Shown piece after piece: positions 7,976-17,309 of a DNA stretch of 47,845 bases. The stretch is from a bacterium (lineage in GTDB: Bacteria; JADJOY01), in the NCBI GenBank assembly GCA_046331705.1, contig JAXLQJ010000013.1:124001-171845 (forward strand), in the 5' to 3' direction. Under the pieces are notes generated by a model. The model did not search any database. It saw only the letters and a list, made by a program, of their open reading frames with translations, and was not told the origin of the DNA. Each line of letters opens with the position of its first letter. The first letter of the stretch is position 1. Made by a program: the position numbers and the translations under genes.

Positions 7976-10018
7976 TCACTCGACCATCGCCGCGCGCACC
8001 TGCTCGGCGACGTCGAGGACACGCACCTCGCTCTCCTTCTCGTGCGCCTTCACGCCGTCGGAGATCATCGTCATGCAGAACGGACAGCCCGTGCCGATCA
8101 CGGTGGCGCCCGTCTCGAGCGCTTCCTTGGTGCGGGCCACGTTCACGCGCTGCTTGATGTCCTCTTCCATCCACATGCGCGCGCCGCCGGCCCCGCAACA
8201 GAAGCTGCGGTCACGGCTGCGGCCCATCTCGCTCACCGGACCGGTGGCGAGCTGCACCAGGTTGCGCGGCGCCTCGTACTCCTGGTTGTAGCGGCCCAGG
8301 TAGCACGGATCGTGGTAGGTCGCCTTGTCCTTCCCGGCGGCGTCGGGCTTCAGCTTGATCTTGCCCTGCTTGACGAGGTCGTCGATGAACTGCGTGTGGT
8401 GCGTGACCTCGTAGTTGCCGCCGAATTCCGGGTACTCGTTCTTGAGCGTGTGGAGGCAGTGCGGGCAGCCGGTGACGATCTTCTTCACGCCGTAGCCGTT
8501 GAGCACTTCCACGTTCGACTTGGCGAGCGTCTGGTAGAGGTACTCGTTGCCCACGCGGCGCGCGGAGTCCCCGGTGCACATCTCCTCGGAGCCGAGGATT
8601 CCCCAGCGCACGCCGGCCTTGTTGAGGATGTCGACCATCGCGCGCGAGATCTTCTTGGCGCGCTCGTCGTAGCTGCCCGCGCAGCCCACCCAGAACAGCA
8701 CGTCGACGTCCTTGTCCTCGGCGAGCGTCTTCACCTCGAGGCCGTTGGCCCAGTCGGCGCGGGTGGCCGCGGAGAACGCCCACGGCGTGTAGTTGTTCTC
8801 CATGTTCTTGCACGCCAGCGCCGCCTCGGCGGGCATCGAGCCCTCGGTCAGCGCCAGGTAGCGGCGCATCTCGAGGATCGTCGGGACGTGCTCGATCATC
8901 ACCGGGCACTCTTGCATGCAGGCGCCGCAGGTGGTGCAGGACCAGAGTTCCTCGGGTGTGATGTAGTCGTCGCCGATCAGGGTCTTGCCGTCGTCGGCGA
9001 GCTTGGGAGCTTCGCCCTCGCCCCCTTTCGCGGCCCACAACGCCAGGATCGCGTCGGCACGATCCTGCACGCGGTGCCGGACGTCGGTCACGATCTTGCG
9101 CGGACGCAGCGGCTTGCCGGTGTTGTTCGCCGGGCAGACCTCGTCGCATCGCCCGCACTCGGTGCAGGTGAAGCCGTCCATCAGCATCTTCCAGGTCAGA
9201 TCCTGGATGTCCTTGGCGCCGAATTGCTCGGCGTTCTCGTCCTCCAGGTTCATCGGCATGAGCTTGCCGCGATACTTGAGCGACGAGAGGAACGTGTTCG
9301 GCACCGAGAGCAGCACGTGGAAATGCTTCGAGTACGGCAGGTAGTTGAGGAAGCCGAACACGATCAGGATGTGGACCCACCAGGAGCCGGCGCCGACCGC
9401 TCGCAGCGCTCCTGCCGGCAACCCGCCGATCATGCCCGCCACCAGCCCGGGCAGCGGCCGCGCGGTCGCGCCCCCAGCGAGCGCCGCCTCGGCGCCGGTG
9501 AACCCGAAATAGCTGGCCATGAGCAGGAAGATCAGGCTCAGGATCAGGGTCGCGTCGAGCTGCGCCGCCTTGCCCACCTGGAGCCGCTTGGGGCGAATCA
9601 CGTAACGCCGCCAGAACGCGAACAGCACGGACAGCATCACCAGCAACGCGAACACGTCCTGCAAGCCCTGCAGCGGCCGATAGAGCGGGCCGAGGAATCG
9701 CAGGCTGAGCGCCGGATGGATGCCTTGCATCATCATCTCGGTGGTGCCGATCGTGAGGATCACGAATCCCCAGAAGATGAAGAAGTGCATCAGCCCGGGA
9801 ACGACCTGGCGGAAGAGCTTCGAGTGACCGAACGCCACCGTGAGGACCCGCGTGACGCGCTCCGGAAGGCTGTCGAGGCGCGACTCGGGCTTGCCGATCT
9901 TGAGCAGCTTGATGAAGCGCAGCGCGCTGTAGCCGAAGAACCCGAACGCCCCGGCCATGACGAGGATGAAGATCACGTTCGCGATGCCGAAGCTCGCCGT
10001 GGCGTGCTCTCCGTTCAT
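7976..10018 (-). CDS. Membrane-anchored Fe-S oxidoreductase (FadF/HdrD-like: cytochrome b-type membrane domain, 2x[4Fe-4S], CCG domains)
   Basis: About 5 TM helices with His (LMHFFIFWGF, WWVHI, SKHFH); CTECGRC..VCP and CTTCGAC..ECP; CCG-domain motifs GC, CTG, CPHC, HDPC, CCGAGG and CPFC. Confidence 0.9.
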   Translation of the reverse strand: MNGEHATASFGIANVIFILVMAGAFGFFGYSALRFIKLLKIGKPESRLDSLPERVTRVLTVAFGHSKLFRQVVPGLMHFFIFWGFVILTIGTTEMMMQGIHPALSLRFLGPLYRPLQGLQDVFALLVMLSVLFAFWRRYVIRPKRLQVGKAAQLDATLILSLIFLLMASYFGFTGAEAALAGGATARPLPGLVAGMIGGLPAGALRAVGAGSWWVHILIVFGFLNYLPYSKHFHVLLSVPNTFLSSLKYRGKLMPMNLEDENAEQFGAKDIQDLTWKMLMDGFTCTECGRCDEVCPANNTGKPLRPRKIVTDVRHRVQDRADAILALWAAKGGEGEAPKLADDGKTLIGDDYITPEELWSCTTCGACMQECPVMIEHVPTILEMRRYLALTEGSMPAEAALACKNMENNYTPWAFSAATRADWANGLEVKTLAEDKDVDVLFWVGCAGSYDERAKKISRAMVDILNKAGVRWGILGSEEMCTGDSARRVGNEYLYQTLAKSNVEVLNGYGVKKIVTGCPHCLHTLKNEYPEFGGNYEVTHHTQFIDDLVKQGKIKLKPDAAGKDKATYHDPCYLGRYNQEYEAPRNLVQLATGPVSEMGRSRDRSFCCGAGGARMWMEEDIKQRVNVARTKEALETGATVIGTGCPFCMTMISDGVKAHEKESEVRVLDVAEQVRAAMVE

Positions 10019-10106
10019 GTGCGTTCCTCCGATCGTCGGCGCCAGTCGAGGGGTCGCCGCGGTGGGACAGCGCCGCAGTCCGGCCGCGGCTCCTCGTCGT
10101 TTCGGA

Positions 10107-10322
10107 TCAGCTTCCGCTCTTGGGTGTCACGCCGTGCTTTCGCAAGCTCTTGTCCGCCGCGTGCTTGTCCTTCGACTGGCCGCCCATGGCTTCCTGGCGA
10201 AGCCGGTCCTTGCACGAGTCGCAGAACATCGTGCCGTCCACCTCGCGGACGCCGCACATCGAGCAGTAGTGCTTCTTGGGCGGCGCGCCAGCGCCGCTCG
10301 ATGCGGGATTGGATTCGGTCAC
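10107..10322 (-). CDS. Small Cys4 (zinc-ribbon-like) protein, 71 aa
   Basis: Tail of ORF 10107..10871. GTG at 10322 overlaps the upstream stop. Contains CSMC-x10-CDSC. Confidence 0.7.
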   Translation of the reverse strand: MTESNPASSGAGAPPKKHYCSMCGVREVDGTMFCDSCKDRLRQEAMGGQSKDKHAADKSLRKHGVTPKSGS

Positions 10323-10597
10323 GGCGTCAGCTCTTCCCGCTCGCGTCGTCCGTCGCGGTTCACGCGCACGGAGGCCACGAGGTCGTAGCGGTACCAGTAG
10401 AAGATGCGCTCGACCCAGTCGGGATCGAGATCGCGCGGGCTCTTGAAGACCCACATCTCGTTGAACGTGACGCCGTCCGCCTCGCGGTAGCGCGGCTCGT
10501 TGACGCTGCCCCAGGTCTTGGCAGGCTGGCCGAAGCGACGCACGGCTGCGTCGCGGTTCAAGCGGTGAGCGTGGGCGGCGGTGGCGGCGTCGGTCAT
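10319..10597 (-). CDS. Hypothetical protein, 92 aa
   Basis: Tail of ORF 10319..11296 from ATG 10597, 17 nt after the nuoF stop. Protein-like aromatic-rich sequence (FNEMWVF, IFYWYRYDL). Confidence 0.75.
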   Translation of the reverse strand: MTDAATAAHAHRLNRDAAVRRFGQPAKTWGSVNEPRYREADGVTFNEMWVFKSPRDLDPDWVERIFYWYRYDLVASVRVNRDGRREREELTP

Positions 10598-10614
10598 GGC
10601 GAAGGATCGCGGGT

Positions 10615-11895
10615 TCAGGGTTCGAAGCTCTCGGGGAACGGACAACGATGCTCTTCGATGTGGCGAACGAACTCGTCGCGGAAGACGCGCAGGAACCCGC
10701 CCGCCGCCCAGCTCGCCGCGTCGGCCAGCGCGCAGATGGTCTGGCCGTCCATCGCGCGCACCAGATCGTCGAGCACGTCGAGGTCGCGCGGCGTGCCCTC
10801 GCCAGCCTCGATGCGCTTGATGACGCGGTCGGTCCAGCCCGTGCCCTCGCGGCACTGGGTGCACTGGCCACACGACTCGTGGCGATAGAACCGGCTCACG
10901 GTCAGCGCGGCGCGCACCATGCACGTGGTGTCGTCCATCACGATCACCGCGCCCGTGCCGAGCACCGACTTCACCTCTTTCAGCGACTCCGGATCGGCCT
11001 TGACGTCGATCTTGTCGGCCGTGAGCACCGGCGCCGACGAGCCGCCCGGAATCACCGCCTTGAGCTGCCGCCCGTTGCGGATGCCGCCGGCGTGGTCGTA
11101 GATCAGCTCGCGGAGCGTGACGCCGATGGGCAGCTCGAAGGTCCCCGGCCGCACCACGTGGCCGCTGATCCCGTAGATGGTCTTGCCGGGGCACTTCTCG
11201 GTACCCACCGCTCGAAACGCGTTGGCACCCTCGCGCACGATGAACGGCACGTGGGAGATGGTCTCGACGTTGTTCACCGTGGTGGGGCGGCCCCACAGAC
11301 CGGCTTGCGCCGGGAACGGCGGCTTCTTTCGCGGCTGGCCCTTCTTCCCCTCCACCGACTCCATCAGCCCGGTCTCTTCGCCGCAGATGTAGGCGCCCGC
11401 GCCGCGGGTGATGTGGATGTGGAAGTCGCGCCCCTCGCCGAACGCGCCGGCGCCGACCAATCCCGCGGCGTAGGCATCGTCGAGCGCCTTGCGCAGGTTG
11501 AAGAAGGGCCGCGCGAACTCACCTCGGATGTAGATGTGTGCGTTGGTCGCCTGGATGGCGTAGCCCATCAGCAGCAATCCCTCGATGAGCACGTGCGGGT
11601 TGCGCTCGAGGATCTGGCGATCCTTGAAGGTGCCGGGCTCGCTCTCGTCGGCGTTGCAGGCGATGTAGCGGGCCTTTCCATCCGGCGGCGGCATGAACGT
11701 CCACTTGAGGCCGGCGGGGAATCCGGCGCCACCGCGCCCGCGCAGCCCCGAGTCCTTCACGATCGCCGTGACCTCCTCGGGCTTCTTCTCGCGAATGGCG
11801 GTGCGCGCCGTCTCGTAGCCGCCCCGCGCGCGGTAGTCGCCGATCGCCGAGAGATCGACTCCCGATTCGGGCAGCAGCCAAGGCAATGCGGACAT
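10615..11895 (-). CDS. nuoF: NADH-quinone oxidoreductase subunit F
   Basis: GLRGRGGAGFPAG.KW, NADESEPGTFKD, GAGAYICGEET, NNVET and ESCGQC.QCREG...C motifs. ATG at 11895. Confidence 0.96.
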   Translation of the reverse strand: MSALPWLLPESGVDLSAIGDYRARGGYETARTAIREKKPEEVTAIVKDSGLRGRGGAGFPAGLKWTFMPPPDGKARYIACNADESEPGTFKDRQILERNPHVLIEGLLLMGYAIQATNAHIYIRGEFARPFFNLRKALDDAYAAGLVGAGAFGEGRDFHIHITRGAGAYICGEETGLMESVEGKKGQPRKKPPFPAQAGLWGRPTTVNNVETISHVPFIVREGANAFRAVGTEKCPGKTIYGISGHVVRPGTFELPIGVTLRELIYDHAGGIRNGRQLKAVIPGGSSAPVLTADKIDVKADPESLKEVKSVLGTGAVIVMDDTTCMVRAALTVSRFYRHESCGQCTQCREGTGWTDRVIKRIEAGEGTPRDLDVLDDLVRAMDGQTICALADAASWAAGGFLRVFRDEFVRHIEEHRCPFPESFEP

Positions 11896-11915
11896 GGTCG
11901 GTCTCTCGCGCGGGC

Positions 11916-12413
11916 TCAATCGAGTGAGTCGAGAAGCGCGTCGAGCTTCGCGACGGTCAGGTTCTCGTGGTAGTGGTCCCCGGACATCAGCATCGGAGCC
12001 GAGCCGCACGAGCCCAGGCATTCCGCCTCGCCGATCGAGAACTTGCCGTCCGGCGTGGTCTCGCCCGAACGGATGCCGAGGCGCTTCTCGCAGTGGCGCA
12101 CCAGAACGCGGGCGCCGTTGAGCGCGCAGCTCAGGTTGCGACAGAACTCGAGGTGATGGGTGCCGACGGGCTTCTCCCGGAACATCGGGTAGAAGGTCAC
12201 GACCTCCAGCACCTCGATGGGCCGGATCTCGAGAAGCGCCGCGACCTCCAGCATCGCCTCGCGCGGGATCCACCCCAGCGCCCGCTGCACGTGATGAAGG
12301 GAGTTCATGAGCGCTCCCTTCTTCTCCGGATAATGCGGGAGCTCGGCCTCGATGGCCGCCACGACCTCGGGCGGCAGAACGGGCACGAGCTCGCGAGCCT
12401 CGGCGGCGCTCAT
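11916..12413 (-). CDS. nuoE: NADH-quinone oxidoreductase subunit E
   Basis: TFYPMF, C-x4-C (CRNLSC) and CLGSC..AP [2Fe-2S] motifs. ATGA overlap with nuoD. Confidence 0.95.
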   Translation of the reverse strand: MSAAEARELVPVLPPEVVAAIEAELPHYPEKKGALMNSLHHVQRALGWIPREAMLEVAALLEIRPIEVLEVVTFYPMFREKPVGTHHLEFCRNLSCALNGARVLVRHCEKRLGIRSGETTPDGKFSIGEAECLGSCGSAPMLMSGDHYHENLTVAKLDALLDSLD

Positions 12414-13663
12414 CGGTCGCACTCCCCACCGATCATGTTGATCAGGTCGAAGGTCGGGATGATGTCGGCGATCATGCTGCCCATGATCATCTCGCGTAGC
12501 GCGCTGGTGTTCGCGAAGCTCGGGCTGCGGCAGCGCATCTTCACGGGATGCCCCGAGCCGTCGCTGACCACGTAGAAGCCGAGCTCGCCGTTGGCCCCCT
12601 CGACGCTCACGTAGCCCTCGCCCGCGGGGACGCGGATGCCTCCGGTGACCAGCATGAACTGGTCGATGAGCTCCTCCATGCGGTTGAAGACGCGGGTCTT
12701 GGCCGGCCAGCGGATCTTCGGGTCGTCGACGTTCACGGGGCCGTCGGGCAGATCCGCGAGCACCTGCTCCACGATGCGAATGCTCTGACGCAGCTCTTCC
12801 ATGCGGATCAGGAAGCGATCGTAGTTGTCGCCCACGCTGCCGACCGGCACGTCGAAGTCGTAGCGCTCGTAGCCGCTGTACGGGAACGCCTTGCGCACGT
12901 CGTAGGCCACCCCGGTGGCGCGCAGGATGGGCCCGGTCTGTCCCCACGCGATGGCACGCTCCTTCGAGAGCAGCCCGGTGCCCTTGAGCCGATCCACGAA
13001 GATGCGATTCGCGGTGAGCAGCTTGTCGACGTCGCGGAACAGCTCGTGGACCTTGGCGAACGCGGCGCGAAGGCGTTCCGGGAAGCCGTCGCGCAGATCC
13101 TGCGACAGTCCGCCGATGCGCACGTAGTTGTTGGTGACGCGCGCGCCGCACAGGTCCTCGACGAGGTCCCACAAGAGCTCGCGCGCCTCGACGGCGTAGA
13201 GAAACGCGCTCATCGCACCGAGCTCGAGCCCGCCGGCGCCGACACAGGTGAAATGGTCACCCATGCGCGAGAGCTCGCTCGCCAGCACGCGTAGCGCCTG
13301 CGCCCGCGGCGGAACCTCGATGCCGAGCAGCTTCTCGACCGCGAGGCAGTAGCCGAGGTTGCAGATGATCGCCGAGTTGTAGTTGAGGCGATCGGTGTAG
13401 GGGATCGCCTGCTCCCAGGTGCCGGACTCGCACTCCTTCTCGAAGCCGCGGTGCAGGTAGCCGACCTGGACGTCGGCGTCGACGACGGTCTCGCCCTCGA
13501 GCTTGAGCACGATTCGCACGGTGCCGTGCATCGCCGGGTGCGACGGCCCCATGGGCAGCACCATGGGGCGGATCTCGAACTCCTCGCCGATCGGATCGTT
13601 GAATCCGGGCGGGAGATCGACTTCCAGGAAGTCGAGGTTCGTCGCGTTCGCGGGCTCGGCCAT
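12410..13663 (-). CDS. nuoD: NADH-quinone oxidoreductase subunit D
   Basis: GPSHPAMHG, GYLHRGFEK, DRLNY, GELG and C-terminal GECDR motifs; no NiFe CxxC motifs. Confidence 0.96.
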   Translation of the reverse strand: MAEPANATNLDFLEVDLPPGFNDPIGEEFEIRPMVLPMGPSHPAMHGTVRIVLKLEGETVVDADVQVGYLHRGFEKECESGTWEQAIPYTDRLNYNSAIICNLGYCLAVEKLLGIEVPPRAQALRVLASELSRMGDHFTCVGAGGLELGAMSAFLYAVEARELLWDLVEDLCGARVTNNYVRIGGLSQDLRDGFPERLRAAFAKVHELFRDVDKLLTANRIFVDRLKGTGLLSKERAIAWGQTGPILRATGVAYDVRKAFPYSGYERYDFDVPVGSVGDNYDRFLIRMEELRQSIRIVEQVLADLPDGPVNVDDPKIRWPAKTRVFNRMEELIDQFMLVTGGIRVPAGEGYVSVEGANGELGFYVVSDGSGHPVKMRCRSPSFANTSALREMIMGSMIADIIPTFDLINMIGGECDR

Positions 13664-13701
13664 CGTGAGGGATCCGGTTTCGTGGAAGCGAGGCGGTCGA
13701 A

Positions 13702-14214
13702 TCAGCCTGGGTCGTCGATCCCGAGGCGCGGTTGGCGGCGGGTCTTCGGGTAGTCCTTGCGCAGCGGATGCCCCTGGAACTCGGGGTAGAGCAAGATGCG
13801 CCGCAGATCGCCGTGGCCGTCGAACACGATGCCGTACATGTCGAAAGCCTCGCGTTCGTGCCAGTCCATCCCCGGCCACAGATCCTTCACGCTGGCGACG
13901 TGCGGATCCGCCTCGGAGAGCTCCACCTTCACGCGGATGCGGCGCAGGTCGCGCGACGACGTGAGGTGGTAGACGACCTCGAAACGCGGCTTGCGCGGCA
14001 GGTGATCCACCACCGTCACGTCGGTGGGCATGTCGAACGCGAGATCGGCGTCGTCCCGAAGGAACGCCATCACGTCGTGGAGCGACTCGCGCGCCACGAT
14101 CGCGGTCTCGTCGCCGTGCTGGGCGTGCGAACTCACGATGGCGGAGCCGAAGCGCTCGACGAGTCGAGGCAGCACCGGGTCCGTCCGGCGTTGGGGAAGG
14201 GCCGCTGCCGTCAT
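13702..14214 (-). CDS. nuoC: NADH-quinone oxidoreductase subunit C
   Basis: RFEVVYHL, WHEREAFDMYGI.F.GH and GHPLRKDYP motifs. Confidence 0.95.
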   Translation of the reverse strand: MTAAALPQRRTDPVLPRLVERFGSAIVSSHAQHGDETAIVARESLHDVMAFLRDDADLAFDMPTDVTVVDHLPRKPRFEVVYHLTSSRDLRRIRVKVELSEADPHVASVKDLWPGMDWHEREAFDMYGIVFDGHGDLRRILLYPEFQGHPLRKDYPKTRRQPRLGIDDPG

Positions 14215-14215
14215 C

Positions 14216-14767
14216 TCAGTTCAACCCTCGGTCGTAACCCTTGCGGATGTGGTCGAGACGAATGGGAAGGTCGGCGACCGGGGTCAGCAGCCGATCCTTG
14301 TGCCAGAGGCAGCCTTCCTTGGTGATCGAGGCCACCTCGACGCGGCGGCTCATGACGATCGCCTCCTCGGGGCACGCCTCTTCGCACAGACCGCAGAACA
14401 TGCAGCGATCCAGCGCGATGTCGAAGATCTTGGGGCGGCGCTGGATCCCCTCCTCGACTTCCTCGGGGAAGATCGTGATGCAGTCGGTCGGGCACGCCTT
14501 CTCGCACAGGCCGCACGCGACGCAGCGCTCCGCGCCGTTCTCCATCTGCACCAGCACCGGCATGCCGCGGAAAGCCGGCGCGTGGTCGACTTTCTCCTCG
14601 GGCCAGTTGACGACGAAGGTGCGGCGCTTGCCGATGATGTAGCCGATCAGGTTCCGGAAGAAGTGGCGCGCCGTGATCACGCACCCCTTCGCGATCTCCC
14701 AGAGGTAGATCCGCGCGAAGAACGTATCGGCCTGATCGCGGCGAACGGTGATGACGCTACCGGGCAT
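14216..14767 (-). CDS. nuoI: NADH-quinone oxidoreductase subunit I
   Basis: FRG, CVACGLC..ACP and CMFCGLCEEACP 2x[4Fe-4S] motifs. Confidence 0.93.
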   Translation of the reverse strand: MPGSVITVRRDQADTFFARIYLWEIAKGCVITARHFFRNLIGYIIGKRRTFVVNWPEEKVDHAPAFRGMPVLVQMENGAERCVACGLCEKACPTDCITIFPEEVEEGIQRRPKIFDIALDRCMFCGLCEEACPEEAIVMSRRVEVASITKEGCLWHKDRLLTPVADLPIRLDHIRKGYDRGLN

Positions 14768-14825
14768 GGGCGTGAATCCTCGATCGCTGCTCTCGTGTTG
14801 CGAATACCGCTCGCGGGCGCTCGCC

Positions 14826-16469
14826 TCAGGCCGCCGATCGCTCGGACGGTCCCGCCTGCACCCCGGTGGTGCCGATCGACTCGGCGTTCACGTGCGCGTA
14901 CGCGGGGACGCTCGCCGCGATCGCAGCCAGCACCCGCGCGGCGTCGAAGACCTCGCTCGGCCCGCCGTGGGAGGCGATCAAGCTGCTGAACACCTCGCCC
15001 TCGGAGAGGTTGCCGCCAGGCGATCGGATCGCGGCGCGGATCGCCTGCACACGACCCTCGAAGTTGGTGAAGGTGCCGTCCTTCTCCGCCCACGTGCAGC
15101 CGCCCAGCACCAAGCTGGCGTGGTCGCTGATGGTGGAGGCCAAGATGTCGTGATTGACCACCCGCTCGACGCGCGCCAGCGCCGCGCGCACGCGCGCCTC
15201 GCCGGCCACCGCCAGCGCCTCGCTGCCGATCACGTAGAGCAGCTTGATCCGGCCCGCCTCGCACGCGCTCAGCACCTCGTCGAGGCTCGCGCTGGCCACG
15301 CCGAGATCGGCGAAGCCACGGCCGTTGGCGGCCTTCTCCGGCCGCACCAGGAAGTCGTCGCCCTGGCCCATGGGCACGGGCACCGCGAGCAGCGTGGCGC
15401 CCCACACCTCGCGCACCAGCCGCTTGAGGGTGAAGGCCTCCTCGTTGGTGAGCTGCGGCGAGGCGATCACCGCCACGGCGTCCGCCCCGGCCGTGCTCTT
15501 CACCTCGGAAACCCAATCCGAGAGCCGGCGCACCGCCAGCGCGAACGCGAGCTCCTCGAGCTCACCGTTCGCGCTGCGTACGGCGGCGCCCTGCGCGCGC
15601 CGCTCGTCGTTCACGAAGCCGATGTTGAGCCGTCCGTGGTCGCACATCCAGGTGTCGTTGACGGCATCGTTCCGACGCGGCGTGAGCCTCCACACCCGAT
15701 CCCGGTAGCCGCCGACGTTGACGTTGCAGCCGCGCGAGCAGCTCGTGCACACGCTCGGGGTCTCGTTCAGGAACCACACCCGCAGCTTGTGATGGAAGTC
15801 CTTGGAGAGCAGCGCGCCCACCGGACAGATGTCCGCGGTGTTGATCGAGTACGGGTTGTCGAGCGGCTGGCCCGGATAGGTCGAGATGAACGAGCGATCG
15901 CCCATGTTGAGGACCGCCAGCTCGCGGGTCTCGGAGATCTCGGCGGTGAACCGCACGCAGCGCCGGCAGAGGATGCAGCGCTCCTGATCGAACAGCACCC
16001 GCGGGCCGATCTCGGTGCGCTTGGGAGCCTTGCGGCGCACGTCCTCGCTTCGCCCATGACCGCGGCCGTGGTCGAACGCGAACTGCTGCAGCTTGCACTC
16101 GCCCGCCTGATCGCAGATCGGGCAATCGAGCGGGTGATTCACGAGCAACAGCTCCATCACCCCTTTGCGTGCCTCGAGCACCGCGGGCGTGTCCGTCTTC
16201 ACGACCATCCCGTCGGTGGCGGCCGTGTTGCACGAGATCTGGAGCTTGGGGGCCTTCTCGACGTGCACGAGGCACATGCGGCAGGAGCCGTCGATCGAGA
16301 GCTTGGGGTGATAGCAGTAGTGCGGGATGTGGATCCCCGCCTCGAGCGCGGCGGCGAGCACCGTCGTGCCCTTGGGCACGGTCAGGCTGCGGCCGTCGAT
16401 GGTGAAGGTGACCGTGGCGGGAGCGACGGGTGCCGACGTTCCAGCAGCGGATGTGGCGGTGGCGTCCAG
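14826..16469 (-). CDS. nuoG: NADH-quinone oxidoreductase subunit G (short form), probable CTG start
   Basis: CYHPKL..GSCRMC, HPLDCPICDQAGEC, CILCRRC..CP and CTSCSRGC..C motifs. The conserved N-terminus VTFTIDGRSLTV lies upstream of the first GTG (16379). CTG at 16469 is preceded by GAGAGGA. Confidence 0.88.
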   Translation of the reverse strand: MDATATSAAGTSAPVAPATVTFTIDGRSLTVPKGTTVLAAALEAGIHIPHYCYHPKLSIDGSCRMCLVHVEKAPKLQISCNTAATDGMVVKTDTPAVLEARKGVMELLLVNHPLDCPICDQAGECKLQQFAFDHGRGHGRSEDVRRKAPKRTEIGPRVLFDQERCILCRRCVRFTAEISETRELAVLNMGDRSFISTYPGQPLDNPYSINTADICPVGALLSKDFHHKLRVWFLNETPSVCTSCSRGCNVNVGGYRDRVWRLTPRRNDAVNDTWMCDHGRLNIGFVNDERRAQGAAVRSANGELEELAFALAVRRLSDWVSEVKSTAGADAVAVIASPQLTNEEAFTLKRLVREVWGATLLAVPVPMGQGDDFLVRPEKAANGRGFADLGVASASLDEVLSACEAGRIKLLYVIGSEALAVAGEARVRAALARVERVVNHDILASTISDHASLVLGGCTWAEKDGTFTNFEGRVQAIRAAIRSPGGNLSEGEVFSSLIASHGGPSEVFDAARVLAAIAASVPAYAHVNAESIGTTGVQAGPSERSAA

Positions 16470-16540
16470 GGCGTCCTCTCGGCGCGCGCAGCGGGACCGA
16501 ACTCGGCGTCGCTACGCGATGAAGAAGCGAATGCTCCGGC

Positions 16541-17050
16541 TCACGCCGGCAGAACCACCAAGTCCTGATGCCGGCCGGTCGCGGGAACGCGCTCCGCCTG
16601 CACCCTGTCTTGCAGCTTCATGAGCCCGTCCAGAACGGCTTCCGGGCGGGGCGGACAACCAGGCACGTACACGTCCACGGGGATGACGCGATCGATGCCT
16701 TGGAGCGTGGCGTAGTTGTTGTACGGCCCACCCGAGCACGTGCACGCGCCGAAGGCCATCACCCACTTGGGCTCGCACATCTGGTCGTAGACGCGCTTGA
16801 GGAAAGGCGCCTGCCGGTGCGTGATGGTGCCGACCACCATGAGCAGGTCCGACTGCCGTGGCGAGAAGCGTGGGTACGCCGCGCCGAAGCGGTCGATGTC
16901 GTAACGCGGCCCTGCGACCGACATGAACTCCATGCCGCAGCAGGCGGTGACGAACGGGTAGAGGAAGAACGAATACTTGCGCGCCCAGTTGATCGCGTCC
17001 TCCAGGCGGGACGTGATGGCACTCTCGGCCAGGACGTGCTCGAGACCCAT
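16541..17050 (-). CDS. nuoB: NADH-quinone oxidoreductase subunit B
   Basis: WARKYS, ACCGMEFM, SPRQSD, P.WVMAFGAC and VDVYVPGCPPRPEA motifs. Confidence 0.96.
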   Translation of the reverse strand: MGLEHVLAESAITSRLEDAINWARKYSFFLYPFVTACCGMEFMSVAGPRYDIDRFGAAYPRFSPRQSDLLMVVGTITHRQAPFLKRVYDQMCEPKWVMAFGACTCSGGPYNNYATLQGIDRVIPVDVYVPGCPPRPEAVLDGLMKLQDRVQAERVPATGRHQDLVVLPA

Positions 17051-17279
17051 CGCTGATCACACTCCGTGGCCCTTTCGGGCGGGGTGCGAGGGCCTGGTAG
17101 CCCTCGGGGGCGGGCCGTTCCCGGGGCCCTTCGTGGTCCTCGCCCCGCCACCCCCGAGGCGATGCCGGGGGACGGAGGCGAGTGGACTCGACAACGGGTG
17201 GGAAAGCCCTCGATGCGCCCGAGGTGGATGTGCCGCGCCGGTTGCCCCGCGCTGGCCGTCGCCACACCCAGGCGATGGC

Positions 17280-17309
17280 GGTGTAACGAGCCGTCTCTCC
17301 TTCTGTCAA
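17280..17309 (-). promoter_or_regulatory. Putative sigma70-type promoter of the nuo cluster
   Basis: Minus strand TTGACA (17309-17304), 18 nt, then TACACC (17285-17280). Confidence 0.5.

Noticed and set aside
7955-10888. Long plus-strand ORF (977 aa) and similar long ORFs (14748..16568, 22303..24096, 38777..40504, 42540..44831)
   Set aside because: Antisense shadows of well-supported genes. They are Arg/Ala/His-rich with no motifs, as expected in very high-GC DNA.
11896-12429. Apparent N-terminal extensions or fusions of nuoF, nuoE and nuoD in the ORF track
   Set aside because: The extensions are off-frame overlaps with the upstream subunit genes; each subunit has its own ATG.
12410-17050. 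Group 4 [NiFe]-hydrogenase interpretation of the nuoB/C/D/I genes
   Set aside because: The D subunit lacks the N- and C-terminal CxxC nickel ligands and has NuoD quinone-site motifs.
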